From positions 4,949 through 68,948 of the forward strand of contig CACLNZ010000003.1 of the NCBI GenBank assembly GCA_902608415.1: a DNA stretch of 64,000 bases. The letters are read 5' to 3'. Shown piece after piece: positions 61,845 through 64,000 of the stretch. The DNA is from an uncultured PS1 clade bacterium (GTDB lineage: Bacteria; Pseudomonadota; Alphaproteobacteria; MED-G09). Position numbers and translations under genes: made by a program. The notes under the pieces are model-generated. The model was given only the letters and a program-made list of their open reading frames with translations. It was not told where the DNA came from and made no database searches. Every line of letters begins with the position of its first letter. The stretch's first letter is position 1.

Positions 61845-63065
61845 ATGAGTAATTATAAATCTGATTTTTTAAAACACATAAATGAAAGAGGCTTCATTTA
61901 TCAGATTAGTGACTCAGATAGATTGGATCAAATTTTTTCAAAAGATAAAATCACAGCCTATATAGGTTTTGACTGCACTGCGCCAAATCTTCACATTGGC
62001 TCTTTAATGCAAATACTTTTGTTGAAAAAATTACAGGACTTTGGCCATACTCCCATTGTACTTATTGGTGGCGCAACAAGTAAAATAGGCGATCCTTCAT
62101 TAAAAGATAAATCTCGAAAAATGCTATCTTATGAAGATATTAATAATAATATTAAAAGTATAAAAAAAGTTTTTGAAAAGTTTTTAGATATCAATAAAAT
62201 TAAAATTATTGATAATAGTGAATGGCTTGAAAAATTAAACTATATTGATTTTCTTCGAGAAATTGGGAGTCATTTTTCTGTCAATAGAATGCTTTCTTTT
62301 GACTCTGTTAAGCTGCGACTTGAAAGAGAACAAAACCTATCTTTTTTAGAATTTAATTACATGATACTCCAAGGTTATGATTTTTATAAACTTAATATAG
62401 ACTATAATTGTAATCTTCAAATGGGAGGGTCTGATCAATGGGGAAATATAATTTGCGGCATAGACTTAACCAGAAGATTAGCCGGTAAAGAATTATATGG
62501 ATTAACAACTCCATTATTAACTACCTCATCTGGTCAAAAAATGGGTAAAACAGAAGATGGGGCAATTTGGCTTAATTTTATCTCTGACAAGGATAACTAT
62601 TCAACACATCCAAGAGATTTTTGGAATTACTGGAGAGATAAGACAGAAAATAATGATGTTGGAAAATTTCTTAAATTGTTTACTGATATGCCTTTGAATG
62701 AAATCGATGAGATAGAAAAACTAGAAAATGAGGACATCGAAAAAGGGAAAGAATTATTAGCAACTAAAATTACGGAACTTGTTCACGGGAAAGACTCTGA
62801 TTGGAAAAGTAAGAAAACTATTATCTTAAAAAAAGAAGATTTTGAGAACGGATATGGTTTGCTAAGTCTACTTTCTAATGATGATTTAGGATTAGCAAAA
62901 TCAAATAGCGAGGCTAGAAGATTTATTCAATCAAAAGCTGTAAAATTAAATGGCGAATTAATCGATGATGAGAAATATACTTTAACATTAAGTAGCTTTA
63001 TAAAATCAAAAGAAATAGAAATCTCTATTGGAAAAAAGAAAAAAATAATTATTGGAATAGATTAA
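61845..63065 (+). CDS. tyrS: tyrosine--tRNA ligase
   Basis: 406 aa with the class I HIGH motif as NLHIGSL, KMSKS as KMGKT, and a C-terminal S4-like domain (SEARRFIQSKAVKLNGE). Confidence 0.93.
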   Translation: MSNYKSDFLKHINERGFIYQISDSDRLDQIFSKDKITAYIGFDCTAPNLHIGSLMQILLLKKLQDFGHTPIVLIGGATSKIGDPSLKDKSRKMLSYEDINNNIKSIKKVFEKFLDINKIKIIDNSEWLEKLNYIDFLREIGSHFSVNRMLSFDSVKLRLEREQNLSFLEFNYMILQGYDFYKLNIDYNCNLQMGGSDQWGNIICGIDLTRRLAGKELYGLTTPLLTTSSGQKMGKTEDGAIWLNFISDKDNYSTHPRDFWNYWRDKTENNDVGKFLKLFTDMPLNEIDEIEKLENEDIEKGKELLATKITELVHGKDSDWKSKKTIILKKEDFENGYGLLSLLSNDDLGLAKSNSEARRFIQSKAVKLNGELIDDEKYTLTLSSFIKSKEIEISIGKKKKIIIGID

Positions 63066-64000
63066 TCAAATACTCTTTGTAAAAATCCAGGCGTTAAAAC
63101 AGATAGAGGATTAGTTTCAATCATAACTTTACCTCCATCTTCGTTATAAATCCTAAATTTTATTCCTATTAATCCTTCTCCATCTTTACTTCCTGAAAAT
63201 AATTCTCCCAAAATTGGGACATTAGAAGGTAAATTGTTTAACCACGATACTGGTACAAGTGTTCCATTAAATTCAATTTCATTTTTAACGAAAATATACA
63301 TACCAGCTAGTGATAACCCTAAGCTATTACCTACTATAGGAAGATTGCTTTCAGGTTTTAAGATTCCATCAATGATATTTATACCTTTATTTGAAAGCTG
63401 AACATTAAAAGTCGAGCTAGCAAATGTAATGTCTCTACCGCCATCGCTAATATTACTTAAACCAGGTATTGAAACATCTAGAATTTGTGCAAAAATTGGT
63501 AATTCAAGAATTTTAAGGCTTTTTGTTTCTATTGTTCCTTTGAAAAAACTAGCTTCATCAATATTGTAATCAAGAATTAGGGTTGATGAGTCACTTATTA
63601 TACTTGATTTTTTTTCTTTATTATAAATTGTTATCTCTTCAGCATTTAAGTTTATATTTGTTTTAGTTTCGAAAAACTTAATAGAGTTCTTTAGAGGAAA
63701 ATCAAATTGAAGCATCAGATTACTTTCCCCAGATACATTATTCCTGCCTAATTTTATTAATTTTGAAATATTATTATGTTTACTAAGCAAATTAAAGAAA
63801 TCCCCTACATTTGAAGAGGCATCGATTATAATTTGTCCAGGACCATGCCTTTTTTTAATGTCAAATGCATTAAACTTACCATTATTAATATAAATCCTTG
63901 ACCCTTCCTCTAAATCAATACGACCATCCAATAAATTTATATTAAACATTTGGAAATCTAAATGAGCTTTCCCAAGAGTATCGGTCATGGGAGGCATATT
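63062..64000 (-). CDS. C-terminal part of a large AsmA/YhdP-like (DUF3971-type) envelope protein; 5' end outside window
   Basis: The reading frame is open to the window edge (codon 63998-64000 is in frame upstream of the listed Met). The sequence is beta-rich and repetitive and ends ...NPLSVLTPGFLQRVFD, reminiscent of AsmA-like C-termini. The family assignment is tentative without a search. Confidence 0.5.
   Translation of the reverse strand, partial: NMPPMTDTLGKAHLDFQMFNINLLDGRIDLEEGSRIYINNGKFNAFDIKKRHGPGQIIIDASSNVGDFFNLLSKHNNISKLIKLGRNNVSGESNLMLQFDFPLKNSIKFFETKTNINLNAEEITIYNKEKKSSIISDSSTLILDYNIDEASFFKGTIETKSLKILELPIFAQILDVSIPGLSNISDGGRDITFASSTFNVQLSNKGINIIDGILKPESNLPIVGNSLGLSLAGMYIFVKNEIEFNGTLVPVSWLNNLPSNVPILGELFSGSKDGEGLIGIKFRIYNEDGGKVMIETNPLSVLTPGFLQRVFD

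Overview
This 64-kb window is AT-rich (about 30% GC by eye) and almost fully coding. The gene content and order are those of a streamlined alphaproteobacterium, possibly Pelagibacterales-like, though taxonomy cannot be proven from this window. It holds conserved housekeeping blocks. First comes the gltA 3' end. Next is lpxB-lpxI-lpxA-fabZ-lpxD-skp-bamA-rseP-dxr-cdsA-uppS-frr-pyrH-tsf-rpsB, then dnaE-lolD-lolE-proS-rnj-birA, then the complete 14-gene nuoN..nuoA operon. These are followed by an alpha/beta hydrolase plus aldehyde dehydrogenase pair, tRNA-Asp, tRNA-Val, hupB-lon-clpX-clpP-tig and tRNA-Leu. A tightly coupled four-gene operon follows (thiolase-like protein, histidine phosphatase, Nnr, GNAT). 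The remainder is glnB plus a type II glutamine synthetase, parE, an enoyl-CoA hydratase, an IscR-like Rrf2 regulator with sufBCDS-sufT-sufA, a small alpha/beta hydrolase, tyrS, and the 3' end of a large AsmA/YhdP-like gene. Everything from 194 to 50861 lies on the minus strand. I see no CRISPR array, transposase, integrase, prophage, toxin-antitoxin or defence-like genes, and no unexplained long non-coding stretch. I therefore do not find a novel multi-gene system here and regard this as an ordinary core-genome region. The leads worth a second look are small and mostly regulatory. They are a pseudoknotted rpsB leader, a sigma-54-type promoter before glnB-glnII, a palindromic operator in the iscR-suf promoter, and a sigma-32-like promoter abutting the clpP start. 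Others are a tRNA-Leu 17 nt from tig, a thiolase-like protein lacking the canonical catalytic motifs, and extreme gene packing. Several ORF-track starts are over-extended through TTG/GTG codons and were trimmed.
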